Assembly: GCA_031419135.1 (NCBI GenBank)
Contig: JANOKE010000093.1
Span: forward strand, 1 to 55,458
Source of the DNA: Gemmatimonadaceae bacterium
Lineage (GTDB): Bacteria > Gemmatimonadota > Gemmatimonadetes > Gemmatimonadales > Gemmatimonadaceae
Direction: 5' to 3'
DNA length: 55,458 bases
Position 1 is the first letter of the stretch. The number at the start of each line of letters is the position of its first letter. The notes under the pieces were generated by a model. That model did no database searches. It was given only the letters and a program-made list of their open reading frames with translations, and was not told the origin of the DNA. A program made the translations under genes and the position numbers. This document shows positions 47,823 through 55,458 of this stretch, piece after piece.

Positions 47823-49646
47823 TCAGACCCGGAAGTCCGCAACCTTGAGCTGCAGGCGCGACACCCCGCGATACTCGTCGCGTTCAAGTCGGAACGCCAG
47901 ATCGACCGGGTGCGCCACGTCGAGTGACGTGGCGCGTGACGCCAGACCCCATCCAATGGCTTCGAGCGTTCGGCCGGGGATGTCGAACATGAGTCGCATT
48001 CCATCTGTTCCGATGCGACGCGGCGCTGCCGACAGCCGGGCCCCGGTGGTGCGAAAAACGGGCGCGGGATTGCCCATGCCAAATGGCTCGAAATGACGCA
48101 CGAGCTTCTCCAACTCGTCACCAATTCCATCCATCGGAATGTCGAGATCGATCCGCAGTTCCGGAACCAAATCCGCTTCACAGAGTCTTGCGCGAGCGAC
48201 GGCATCGAATTGCTCGGCAAAGGCCGGGATGCTGGACGCTTTCATGGTGAGACCGGCCGCTGCCCGATGGCCACCAAAGCGTTGGAAATGCGCCGAACAT
48301 TCGCTCAGCGCGGCGTGCAGGTCGAATGGCGTAATGGACCGACCCGAGCCCTTGCCAATGCCGTTCTGGACCGCCACCAACACCGCCGGACGCGCCGTCT
48401 GTTCGACGATGCGCGATGCCACAATGCCGATCACGCCGGCGTGCCACCCCTCGTTTGACAGGACGTAGGCGTACCGGTCGCGCATGCCAGGCCCATCCAG
48501 CAAACGCACGGCGCCGTCCAAGACCCCGCGATCAAGCTCCTGACGCGCACGATTGAGTTCCTCGAGTTCACGGGCGATCACATTCGCCTCATCCTCCCGT
48601 TCACACAGCAGCAGCCGCAGACCGAGCTTCGCATCCCCAATCCGGCCCGCTGCATTGAGTCGTGGCGCAAGAACGAAACCGATCCGGCCCGCCGTCAACG
48701 GTTTGCCCTCAAGCCCCGACGACCGCAGCAGTGCGCGCAGACCGGGGTGAGTGGTTTCGGCGAGCAGCTTGAGCCCATAACGCACCATGACACGATTCTC
48801 GCCGCGCAGCGGCGCGACATCGGCAATGGTTGCCAATGCCACCAGATCCAGTTGCCGATGCGCCAGCGCCGGAGACACGTCGAGCGCCTCGCACAGGGCC
48901 AAGGCCAGCTTGAACACCACCCCCACTGCCGCCAGATCCTGATCTGCGGCCGCCGACTCGGCGCGACGTGGATTGCAGACGGCGTACGCGGCCGGCAGCG
49001 GCCCCCCGGGGAGATGATGATCGGTGATGATCACGTCGATGCCCGCGGCGGTCAGCGTCGCGCACGCATCGAGGGCGCTCGTACCGCAATCGCAGGTAAT
49101 GACGAGCGACGCGGTCGCTGCCATGGCGGCGGCGACACCGGCCGGGCCAAGGTCGTAGCCGTCGGTGAGTCGGTTCGGCACAAATGGCACCACCGCAGTT
49201 GCGCCGCAGCCCCGCAATACGCGAGTGAGCAACGCCGTCGAGCTCATGCCGTCGACGTCGTAGTCACCATGCACGAAGATCGTTTCGCCGCGACGAATCG
49301 CGGTCGCGATCCGCTCAACCGCGCGAGGCAGATCAAACAAGGTGGACGGCTCACCCAGTTGGTCGAGTCTGGGGCGTAAATACCGCTTCGCCACTTCGGG
49401 GTCGGAGTACCCACGACCAACCAGCAGCCGACAAAGCGGTTCAGGCAACAGCAGCGCCGTGACCAGCCGCTGCACTGCATCGCCGTCGGGCTCGACCGCT
49501 ACGACCCACCGAGCCTGCGGACGCTGGCGCGGCGCGATCGACCCGTCCGCATCGCGAGCGGTCAGGGGCACGCTGGAGGTGCCGCCAGAGTGCGCCGCGA
49601 ATGCAGAGACCGAATCCGGTTCAGGAGATATTGGCGAAGCGCTCAC
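47823..49646 (-). CDS. recJ: ssDNA exonuclease RecJ
   Basis: GDYDVDG, TDHH, TIADV, PRLNAAGR and GGH..AAG; start uncertain. Confidence 0.95.
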   Translation of the reverse strand: MSASPISPEPDSVSAFAAHSGGTSSVPLTARDADGSIAPRQRPQARWVVAVEPDGDAVQRLVTALLLPEPLCRLLVGRGYSDPEVAKRYLRPRLDQLGEPSTLFDLPRAVERIATAIRRGETIFVHGDYDVDGMSSTALLTRVLRGCGATAVVPFVPNRLTDGYDLGPAGVAAAMAATASLVITCDCGTSALDACATLTAAGIDVIITDHHLPGGPLPAAYAVCNPRRAESAAADQDLAAVGVVFKLALALCEALDVSPALAHRQLDLVALATIADVAPLRGENRVMVRYGLKLLAETTHPGLRALLRSSGLEGKPLTAGRIGFVLAPRLNAAGRIGDAKLGLRLLLCEREDEANVIARELEELNRARQELDRGVLDGAVRLLDGPGMRDRYAYVLSNEGWHAGVIGIVASRIVEQTARPAVLVAVQNGIGKGSGRSITPFDLHAALSECSAHFQRFGGHRAAAGLTMKASSIPAFAEQFDAVARARLCEADLVPELRIDLDIPMDGIGDELEKLVRHFEPFGMGNPAPVFRTTGARLSAAPRRIGTDGMRLMFDIPGRTLEAIGWGLASRATSLDVAHPVDLAFRLERDEYRGVSRLQLKVADFRV

Positions 49647-49680
49647 AGCAGGCAATCTACTTCGCGCAGTCGGTCTCGCG

Positions 49681-50406
49681 TCAAGGCTCTTTCGCCATCG
49701 CTGGCACGTACAGCAGCACACCACAGGCTTCACAGATCTCGATCGCCTGGCTTCCACTCGTCATCGCCGGACGACGCTGCAGCGGAATCGCCGTGTCACA
49801 GCTGCCACAGGAAAAACCCGCATTCAGCGCGAAGAGCGCGGCCGAACGGCGTCGTTGCTGAACGCGGTCGTATCGCGATAACAGTGACGGTGCGACCGCG
49901 CTCGCTGAGGTGGAACGCTTCGCGATCGCCAACTGCAGATCGCTTACGATGGCGCCGCGTTCCGATTCGATGGTTGCCCGTGCCTCAGTCTGGTGGAGCT
50001 CCAACGTGGCCAACGCGGCGCGCGCCGCATCGGCGGAAGTCTGGAGTTCGTTAATTCGTCTGGACAGCGCCAGCATCTCGCTCTCTTCGTCGGCGAGCAC
50101 TCGCCGCGCGGTCTCGACCTGGGCCATTGCCGCAGTGGCCTCCTTGAGCTTATGCGCCTGATCGAGGACCGCCAGATTCTTGTCGTGTCGCTGTCGGTGA
50201 TCAACAATCAATTTCTCCAGCGCACGGCTGCGTTCGAGCTCGCGACCGAGCGCGGCCTCGTGCCTGGCGATGTCGTCGACGGCCCGCTGCCGAGCCTTGT
50301 CCAAGGCGGCCAGGCGCGGAGCGAATGCGTCGCGACGCGCTTCGATGCCGCGAATCACATCATCATCCTGTTGCACAACCAATAGCGCTTCCAGCTCGGG
50401 ATTCAC
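49681..50406 (-). CDS. Coiled-coil protein with C4 zinc ribbon (DUF164/CT398-like)
   Basis: Long coiled coil followed by CGSC...CEACG.LL. Confidence 0.85.
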   Translation of the reverse strand: MNPELEALLVVQQDDDVIRGIEARRDAFAPRLAALDKARQRAVDDIARHEAALGRELERSRALEKLIVDHRQRHDKNLAVLDQAHKLKEATAAMAQVETARRVLADEESEMLALSRRINELQTSADAARAALATLELHQTEARATIESERGAIVSDLQLAIAKRSTSASAVAPSLLSRYDRVQQRRRSAALFALNAGFSCGSCDTAIPLQRRPAMTSGSQAIEICEACGVLLYVPAMAKEP

Positions 50407-50433
50407 TACGCCTCCAGACAGGGGTGTGTCACC

Positions 50434-52350
50434 TCATCCCTTCCGATTACCCCGCGGACTGCGGATCGACAAGAGTCTTCTCAATTCGGGTTCCAGATCC
50501 ATGCGCTCTCGCATGAGTACCTTCTGGGCCTCCGGAAGAACTATACCCATGGCTGACCGGATTTCCTCAATCCGCGATTCAATCCGCCGCGCGGCGATCC
50601 GATCAAGACTCAGCGTCACGTCGGTCGCTTCCAACGGGTGCCCTTCGCCCGAGTCGGTAAGTTCCCGCAGCGTGTCCAGCGCATCGGGCGGCAACATCGC
50701 GGCCACTTCATCAAGCGCCGCAGAATGTCCAGCCGCCCGCAACGCCGCGAAAATTGCGCCGTAATTCGCGTCGCGAAAATCTGCCGGTGCGTGGCGTTCA
50801 GCGATGCGCTCGACCCAGTCGGGCGAACTCAGCATCGCGCGCACCAACGCGCGTTCGTCGGGCTCATCGCGCCGTGGTCTCGGCGGTGCCGACGTGGATT
50901 GCCACTCGGGCGGAGCCGGCTTCCCTTTTCGCCCGGTCCACTGACGTTTGACATAGGGCACCCGAGACGGAAACGCGTCCTGAGTCTCGGGGGGTGGTGC
51001 GTCGTTCGTGGGCGGCGCAGAGGGTGCGTGCTCGTCGGCGCGGCGCCCAACGCCGCCACGTCCCAACGTTGGCGGTTCGTCGGCCTCACTGGCGAGCGTG
51101 GCCTTGTCGAGTTGCGACACCTCGGCCAGTCGCGCGAGATACAGGTCGCGCGTGAGCGGATCGCGCACCGCCCGAATAGTGGGGAGCAACTTGTCGATCG
51201 CCCGCCGCGTCCGCCGGAGATCGGTGAATGCTCCACGCCGTTCCAACAGCTGAATCTGGCGATCGAACAGATCAATCGCATTCGTCAACTGGATCTCGAG
51301 GCCCCCACGACCGTGCGCCCGAACAAACGTGTCTGGATCCTCGCCCTCCGGAAGCGATACCACGCGTACGGCGGCCTTTTGACGCAGGAGTTCGAGCCCG
51401 GATCGAAAAGTCGCCTTCTGACCCGGGAGGTCACTGTCGTACAGCAGGAACACTTCGCCGGTGTAGCGCATCAACAGCGCGGCCTGTTCTTCAGTCAACG
51501 CCGTCCCGAGCGGTGCCACAACTTCCTCCAATCCTGCCAGGGCGAGCCGAATGGCATCGAGGTACCCTTCCACCACGATGGCCCGACCGGCACGACGCAT
51601 CGCCTGCTTGGCCGTATGCAGGCCGTACAGGGTGCGACGCTTCTGAAAAACTGCCGACTCGCTGCTGTTCAGATACTTCGGGACCGCGTCGCCCATCGCC
51701 CGGCCGCCGAAGGCCACGTGGTGACCCATCTCGTCAAGAATCGGAAACATGATGCGCCCAAAAAACGGCGCACGGGGTTCAGCGTCCGCGTCGCGGCGAA
51801 CCAGCAGGCCTGCGTCCAACTGCCGCGCCTCATCGAATCCTAACCCGTTCAGATATCGCCGGAGTGCGTGTCCATCTCGCGGCGAGAATCCAAGTCCGAA
51901 GCGCGCGCACGCGACGTCATCGATCCCGCGTCCCGCCAGATACGCACGCGCCTCGCGTCCGGGCAATTCGTCAGTCAACTGCATCCGAAACCACTCGGCC
52001 GCAGTGGCCAGCACTTCCCAATTTCGTTCGTTCGGATCGGGCGCGTGCGCGCGCGTGGGCTGATCGATCACCTCGATCCCAACGCGTTCGCCTACCAGCT
52101 TCACCGCACCAACAAAATCCAGACCCAGGCGCTTGCGCAGAAACGTGAAGAGGTCGCCACTCTCATGACACACGAAGCAATGATAGTTGTTTTTCTCCGG
52201 TGTCACGGAGAAGTTCGGCCCCTTGCCTTGATGGAATGGACACGGGCCGCGATAACTCGCGCCGGATCGCTTGAGCGGCACGTACTCGCCGATGATTTGC
52301 ACGATATCGGACGCCACACGCACGCGTTCAATAACGTCGTCGGCGATCAT
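50434..52350 (-). CDS. dnaG: DNA primase
   Basis: CPFH...CFVC zinc finger, FGGR, PKYLNS, EGYLD, YDSD and DPD. Confidence 0.96.
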   Translation of the reverse strand: MIADDVIERVRVASDIVQIIGEYVPLKRSGASYRGPCPFHQGKGPNFSVTPEKNNYHCFVCHESGDLFTFLRKRLGLDFVGAVKLVGERVGIEVIDQPTRAHAPDPNERNWEVLATAAEWFRMQLTDELPGREARAYLAGRGIDDVACARFGLGFSPRDGHALRRYLNGLGFDEARQLDAGLLVRRDADAEPRAPFFGRIMFPILDEMGHHVAFGGRAMGDAVPKYLNSSESAVFQKRRTLYGLHTAKQAMRRAGRAIVVEGYLDAIRLALAGLEEVVAPLGTALTEEQAALLMRYTGEVFLLYDSDLPGQKATFRSGLELLRQKAAVRVVSLPEGEDPDTFVRAHGRGGLEIQLTNAIDLFDRQIQLLERRGAFTDLRRTRRAIDKLLPTIRAVRDPLTRDLYLARLAEVSQLDKATLASEADEPPTLGRGGVGRRADEHAPSAPPTNDAPPPETQDAFPSRVPYVKRQWTGRKGKPAPPEWQSTSAPPRPRRDEPDERALVRAMLSSPDWVERIAERHAPADFRDANYGAIFAALRAAGHSAALDEVAAMLPPDALDTLRELTDSGEGHPLEATDVTLSLDRIAARRIESRIEEIRSAMGIVLPEAQKVLMRERMDLEPELRRLLSIRSPRGNRKG

Positions 52351-52420
52351 CGGGAAATCAGGTCAGTCAGACGCATGAGGCGGGCATATCCTCGATCATA
52401 GCCTCGGCGCGGTGCACACG

Positions 52421-54829
52421 TCAGGAGAACTCGGCCACCGTGACACCGCCGCCTCCCTCATCCCAGCCACCCAATCGGAACGACACCACGCGCGTATCCT
52501 TCTTCAGCATTTCGCTCACCCGCGCCCGCAGGGCGCCCGTGCCCTTCCCATGGATGATACGCAAGTCGCTCCTGTCGGCGCGAATGGCGGCGTCCAACGC
52601 CTGCAACACGCGATCATCCACTTCATCCACCCGCAGGCCGCGCACATCCACCTCGCGAACGGCTTCGCTGTCCGGCAACGAGCCCAGCAGGGAAACCGTG
52701 AACGCGGGTGGTGGCGGCGCCTCCGTGCGCGTGAGGGTCGTCAGCGGCACGGTCAACGTGAGCGATCCGACCAACACACGCGCCTGATCGCCCTTCACGT
52801 TGACGATGCGCCCGGCGCGGTCGCCCAGTGTTGCCACCAGCACCGGATCCCCGGCGCCGAACGGCTGTGCCACGCGCGGCGTGGGACGCGCCGCGTGACG
52901 ATCACGATCGCGTCGCGCACGCACCTCCACGGCGTCAACGGCAGCACCGTGCGCGGCGGCCGCGTCCTCCACCACACGGCGCGCGGCACGCGCGGCGTCG
53001 TCGAACTCCTCGGTGTCGCGCGCCGCGCGCGTCCGGACGTCGGCAATCGCCCGCTCCACTTCCGCCCGTGCGTCCAACAGATACCGTCGCGTTTCCCGAC
53101 GCGCCTCGCGTTCCGATTCGCGTTCGCGCTCGCGCACCTTCACCTCACGATCCGTCACCGTCGCGAGTCGCGCCTGCAGTGTGGACTGCGCGCTATCCAC
53201 CACGTGCTCTCGGTCGCTCAGGCGAGCCTCGCGCGACTCGACATCCGCCAACAAGAGCGCCAGATCGCGCTCGCCGGCGGGCAATCGTTGCTCGGCGCGC
53301 TGCAGCACGTCCTCGGGCAGTTGCAGGCGCCGGGCGATGTTGATGCCGTAGCTTCGACCGGGGATGCCCTTCAGCAAGCGATACGTGGGCGCCAGTTGTA
53401 CGGCATCAAACTGCAGCGACGCATTGACCACGCCGGCGACATCCGTGGCCAGCAACTTGAGCTGTCCAAGATGCGTCGTCGCCACGGTGAGCGTTCCCCG
53501 TTGGGTCAACGTTTCGAGAATCGCCCCACCCAAGGCGGCTCCCTCGGCGGGATCGGTTCCCGAACCCAACTCGTCGACCAATACCAGCGACGCGTCGGAG
53601 GCCGAGCGCAGGACTTCACCGAGGTTCTTCACGTGCGCACTGAACGTGGAGAGACTCGCCTCTATGCTTTGTTCATCGCCGACGTCGGCAAACACGTCGT
53701 CGAACACCGGCAGACGCGACGTCGCGCCAACGGGCGCGGGGACTCCGGCCTGCGCCATGGTGGCCAACAATCCAATGGCCTTGAGCAGTACGGTCTTGCC
53801 CCCTGTATTCGGACCCGACACCAGGAGGGTGCGCTCTGCCGGATCGAGCGTCAGGTCAAACGGCACCACGGGCGTTCCCCGCGCGAGCAGCAGCGGATGC
53901 CTGCCATCAACGATCGCGAGCCCCTCGCGCGGTTCGCAAAACTCCACCACGGCACAGCGCGCGTCGATCGCGTATCGCGCACGCGCGTATAAGGCGTCCA
54001 GTGCCACCAGGGCCTCGTACGCACCGCGCAGGACTTCGTGATACGGCCGCAGCGTGTCGGTGAGTTCCCGCAGCACGCGCTCTACTTCTCGTTGCTCCTC
54101 AAGCTCCAATTCGCGCACGCGGTTCCCAAAATCCACCGCTGCCTGCGGTTCGACGAAAATGGTCGCACCGGTCCCCGAACTGTCGTGCACGATGCCGCCC
54201 GCATAGCCGCGCGCTTCGCGTCGCATCGGGATCACCCAGCGCCCATTGCGCATGGTGACCGAGAGATCGCTCACCTGATGGTGAGGTTCGAGTTTCCGCA
54301 TCTCCCGCTCGAGGAGACGCACCAACTCGCCTTCGGTCTGTCGGAGTTCACGGCGAATGCGTCGGAGTGCGGACGACGCCTCGTCGCGCACCGACCCATC
54401 GTCACTGATGGCCCGACCAATCGCATCTTCCGGTGCGCGCAGATCCACCAACGCCGTCGCGAGTTCCGACAGGATCGCCACGAGCAGGACCGGACGCCGC
54501 GGGTCCCGGAGTGCATCGCGCGTGCGACGCGATGATCGCAGCAGGATGGCACCCTGCAGCAGCTCGAGTGCACTCCAGGACACGCCGTCGATGCGCAGGC
54601 GTTTGAGCGGATCGGCGAGTTCGGGTATCGCTTCGCTGATCCAGCCCGCATCCGACTCAACCAGCGCGCGCATCGCGGTGACGCGCTGTTGCTCCGATTC
54701 GATCCACTGACGATCGGTGCTCGGCACGAGGGCGCGCACCGCGGCCGCACCGGGTGCGGAGTGCGCGCGTCCGGCAACGTGTGCGAGCAGGCGCGGAAGT
54801 TCGAGAATGCCGAGGGCGTGCGCGTTCAT
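52421..54829 (-). CDS. mutS2: MutS2 endonuclease / ribosome-collision factor
   Basis: GPNTGGKT, LSTFSAH, DELGSGTDP and TTH; C-terminal Smr motif IHGKGTGAL. Confidence 0.94.
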   Translation of the reverse strand: MNAHALGILELPRLLAHVAGRAHSAPGAAAVRALVPSTDRQWIESEQQRVTAMRALVESDAGWISEAIPELADPLKRLRIDGVSWSALELLQGAILLRSSRRTRDALRDPRRPVLLVAILSELATALVDLRAPEDAIGRAISDDGSVRDEASSALRRIRRELRQTEGELVRLLEREMRKLEPHHQVSDLSVTMRNGRWVIPMRREARGYAGGIVHDSSGTGATIFVEPQAAVDFGNRVRELELEEQREVERVLRELTDTLRPYHEVLRGAYEALVALDALYARARYAIDARCAVVEFCEPREGLAIVDGRHPLLLARGTPVVPFDLTLDPAERTLLVSGPNTGGKTVLLKAIGLLATMAQAGVPAPVGATSRLPVFDDVFADVGDEQSIEASLSTFSAHVKNLGEVLRSASDASLVLVDELGSGTDPAEGAALGGAILETLTQRGTLTVATTHLGQLKLLATDVAGVVNASLQFDAVQLAPTYRLLKGIPGRSYGINIARRLQLPEDVLQRAEQRLPAGERDLALLLADVESREARLSDREHVVDSAQSTLQARLATVTDREVKVRERERESEREARRETRRYLLDARAEVERAIADVRTRAARDTEEFDDAARAARRVVEDAAAAHGAAVDAVEVRARRDRDRHAARPTPRVAQPFGAGDPVLVATLGDRAGRIVNVKGDQARVLVGSLTLTVPLTTLTRTEAPPPPAFTVSLLGSLPDSEAVREVDVRGLRVDEVDDRVLQALDAAIRADRSDLRIIHGKGTGALRARVSEMLKKDTRVVSFRLGGWDEGGGGVTVAEFS

Positions 54830-54937
54830 GCGGGGAAAGCGAAAGCCCGGACCGCGTATGCGCGGTTCCGGGCTTGAAAGTTCGTTGGTTGTGCGGGCGT
54901 GTTCAATTGACCGTTGGCGATTCGTGGCATCGAGCGG

Positions 54938-55405
54938 TCAGTTGTGCGCGACGTCCCCGCGCGCGACTTCCTCACGTGCGATGGCGTTAATGGTCGCGCC
55001 CTCGACGCGACCTTTGAACTCGGGCATCACGCGCGCCATCACGGCACCCACATTCGCGGCGCCACCGACGATCGCCGCTCGGACCGCCGCGCGCACCACC
55101 TCGGGATCGACCTGCGCCGGGAGATAGCCTTCGAGCGCGTTGACCTCGCGCTGCTCCTTGTCGGCAAGGTCGTCGCGAGCCGCCTTGCGATAGAGGTCGA
55201 CCGACTCGCGTCGTCGCTTGATCCCTTTGCGCACGACATCGACGGTATCTTCGTCGGTTGCGTCGCGGCGCAGCTCGATCTCGCGATTCTTGAGCTCCGA
55301 GATGACCATTCCCAGCAGCATGACGCGGTCTTTGTCCTGCGCGCGCCGGGCCGCAGTCTGATCAGCCTGCAACCGCGCGAGCAACGACACCGTCTCGGCG
55401 GCCAC
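54938..55405 (-). CDS. GatB/YqeY domain protein
   Basis: K.IKRRRES...Y...R.DL..KE..E...L..YLP.Q and G.VM. Confidence 0.9.
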   Translation of the reverse strand: MAAETVSLLARLQADQTAARRAQDKDRVMLLGMVISELKNREIELRRDATDEDTVDVVRKGIKRRRESVDLYRKAARDDLADKEQREVNALEGYLPAQVDPEVVRAAVRAAIVGGAANVGAVMARVMPEFKGRVEGATINAIAREEVARGDVAHN

Positions 55406-55413
55406 GGAAACGA

Positions 55414-55458
55414 TCAGGCCGTTCGCGTGCGCCGATTCTTGCGCACGGCGGCGTTCAT
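55414..55458 (-). CDS. rpsU: Probable 3' end of 30S ribosomal protein S21 (partial)
   Basis: Basic tail MNAAVRKNRRTRTA* directly upstream of yqeY; common rpsU-yqeY synteny; only 14 codons visible. Confidence 0.55.
   Translation of the reverse strand: MNAAVRKNRRTRTA

Noticed and set aside
52412-53992. Long + strand ORFs antisense to core genes (526 aa here; also 32376..34004, 6146..7378, 50638..51843, 45789..46973)
   Set aside because: They lie fully opposite well-supported genes and have no motifs; they are expected shadows of GC-rich codon bias
1-55458. CRISPR array, integrase, transposase, prophage or recognisable defence system
   Set aside because: No spaced direct-repeat arrays or such protein motifs were seen; the nucleases present (RecJ, XseAB, MutS2, RNase Y) sit in housekeeping contexts

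Overview
High-GC bacterial chromosomal window, mostly core genes on the - strand. Gene content and order suggest Gemmatimonadota, but that is an unverified inference. In order it holds: rpsB/rpsI/rplM, mscL, a split acyl-CoA carboxylase cluster with an RNA m5U methyltransferase inside it, rpsA, an aroA-cmk fusion, and a diaminopimelate operon (M20 deacylase, asd, lysC, dapB, dapA, dapD). Next come tRNA-Leu(TAA), a frameshifted GH125-like gene, recN-nadK-dxs-ispA-xseBA-folD-rny-zapA, pheST, infC-rpmI-rplT, an MBL hydrolase, a DEDDh exonuclease and rex with a perfect Rex operator. The end carries rsmA, an RsbV/W/U-type partner-switching module, pta-coaD-rsmD-recJ, dnaG, mutS2, yqeY and the tail of rpsU. 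The only clearly accessory stretch is about 2.4 kb at the 3' end of tRNA-Leu (18533-20914). It encodes an orphan 507-aa protein with a candidate toxin-type membrane-localisation four-helix N-terminus and hydrophobic helical hairpins. Other highlights are a structured ~200-nt promoter-to-terminator RNA upstream of an ATT-initiated infC, and a 7-nt AGACGGG tandem repeat found inside two unrelated genes. No CRISPR array, integrase or transposase was found.
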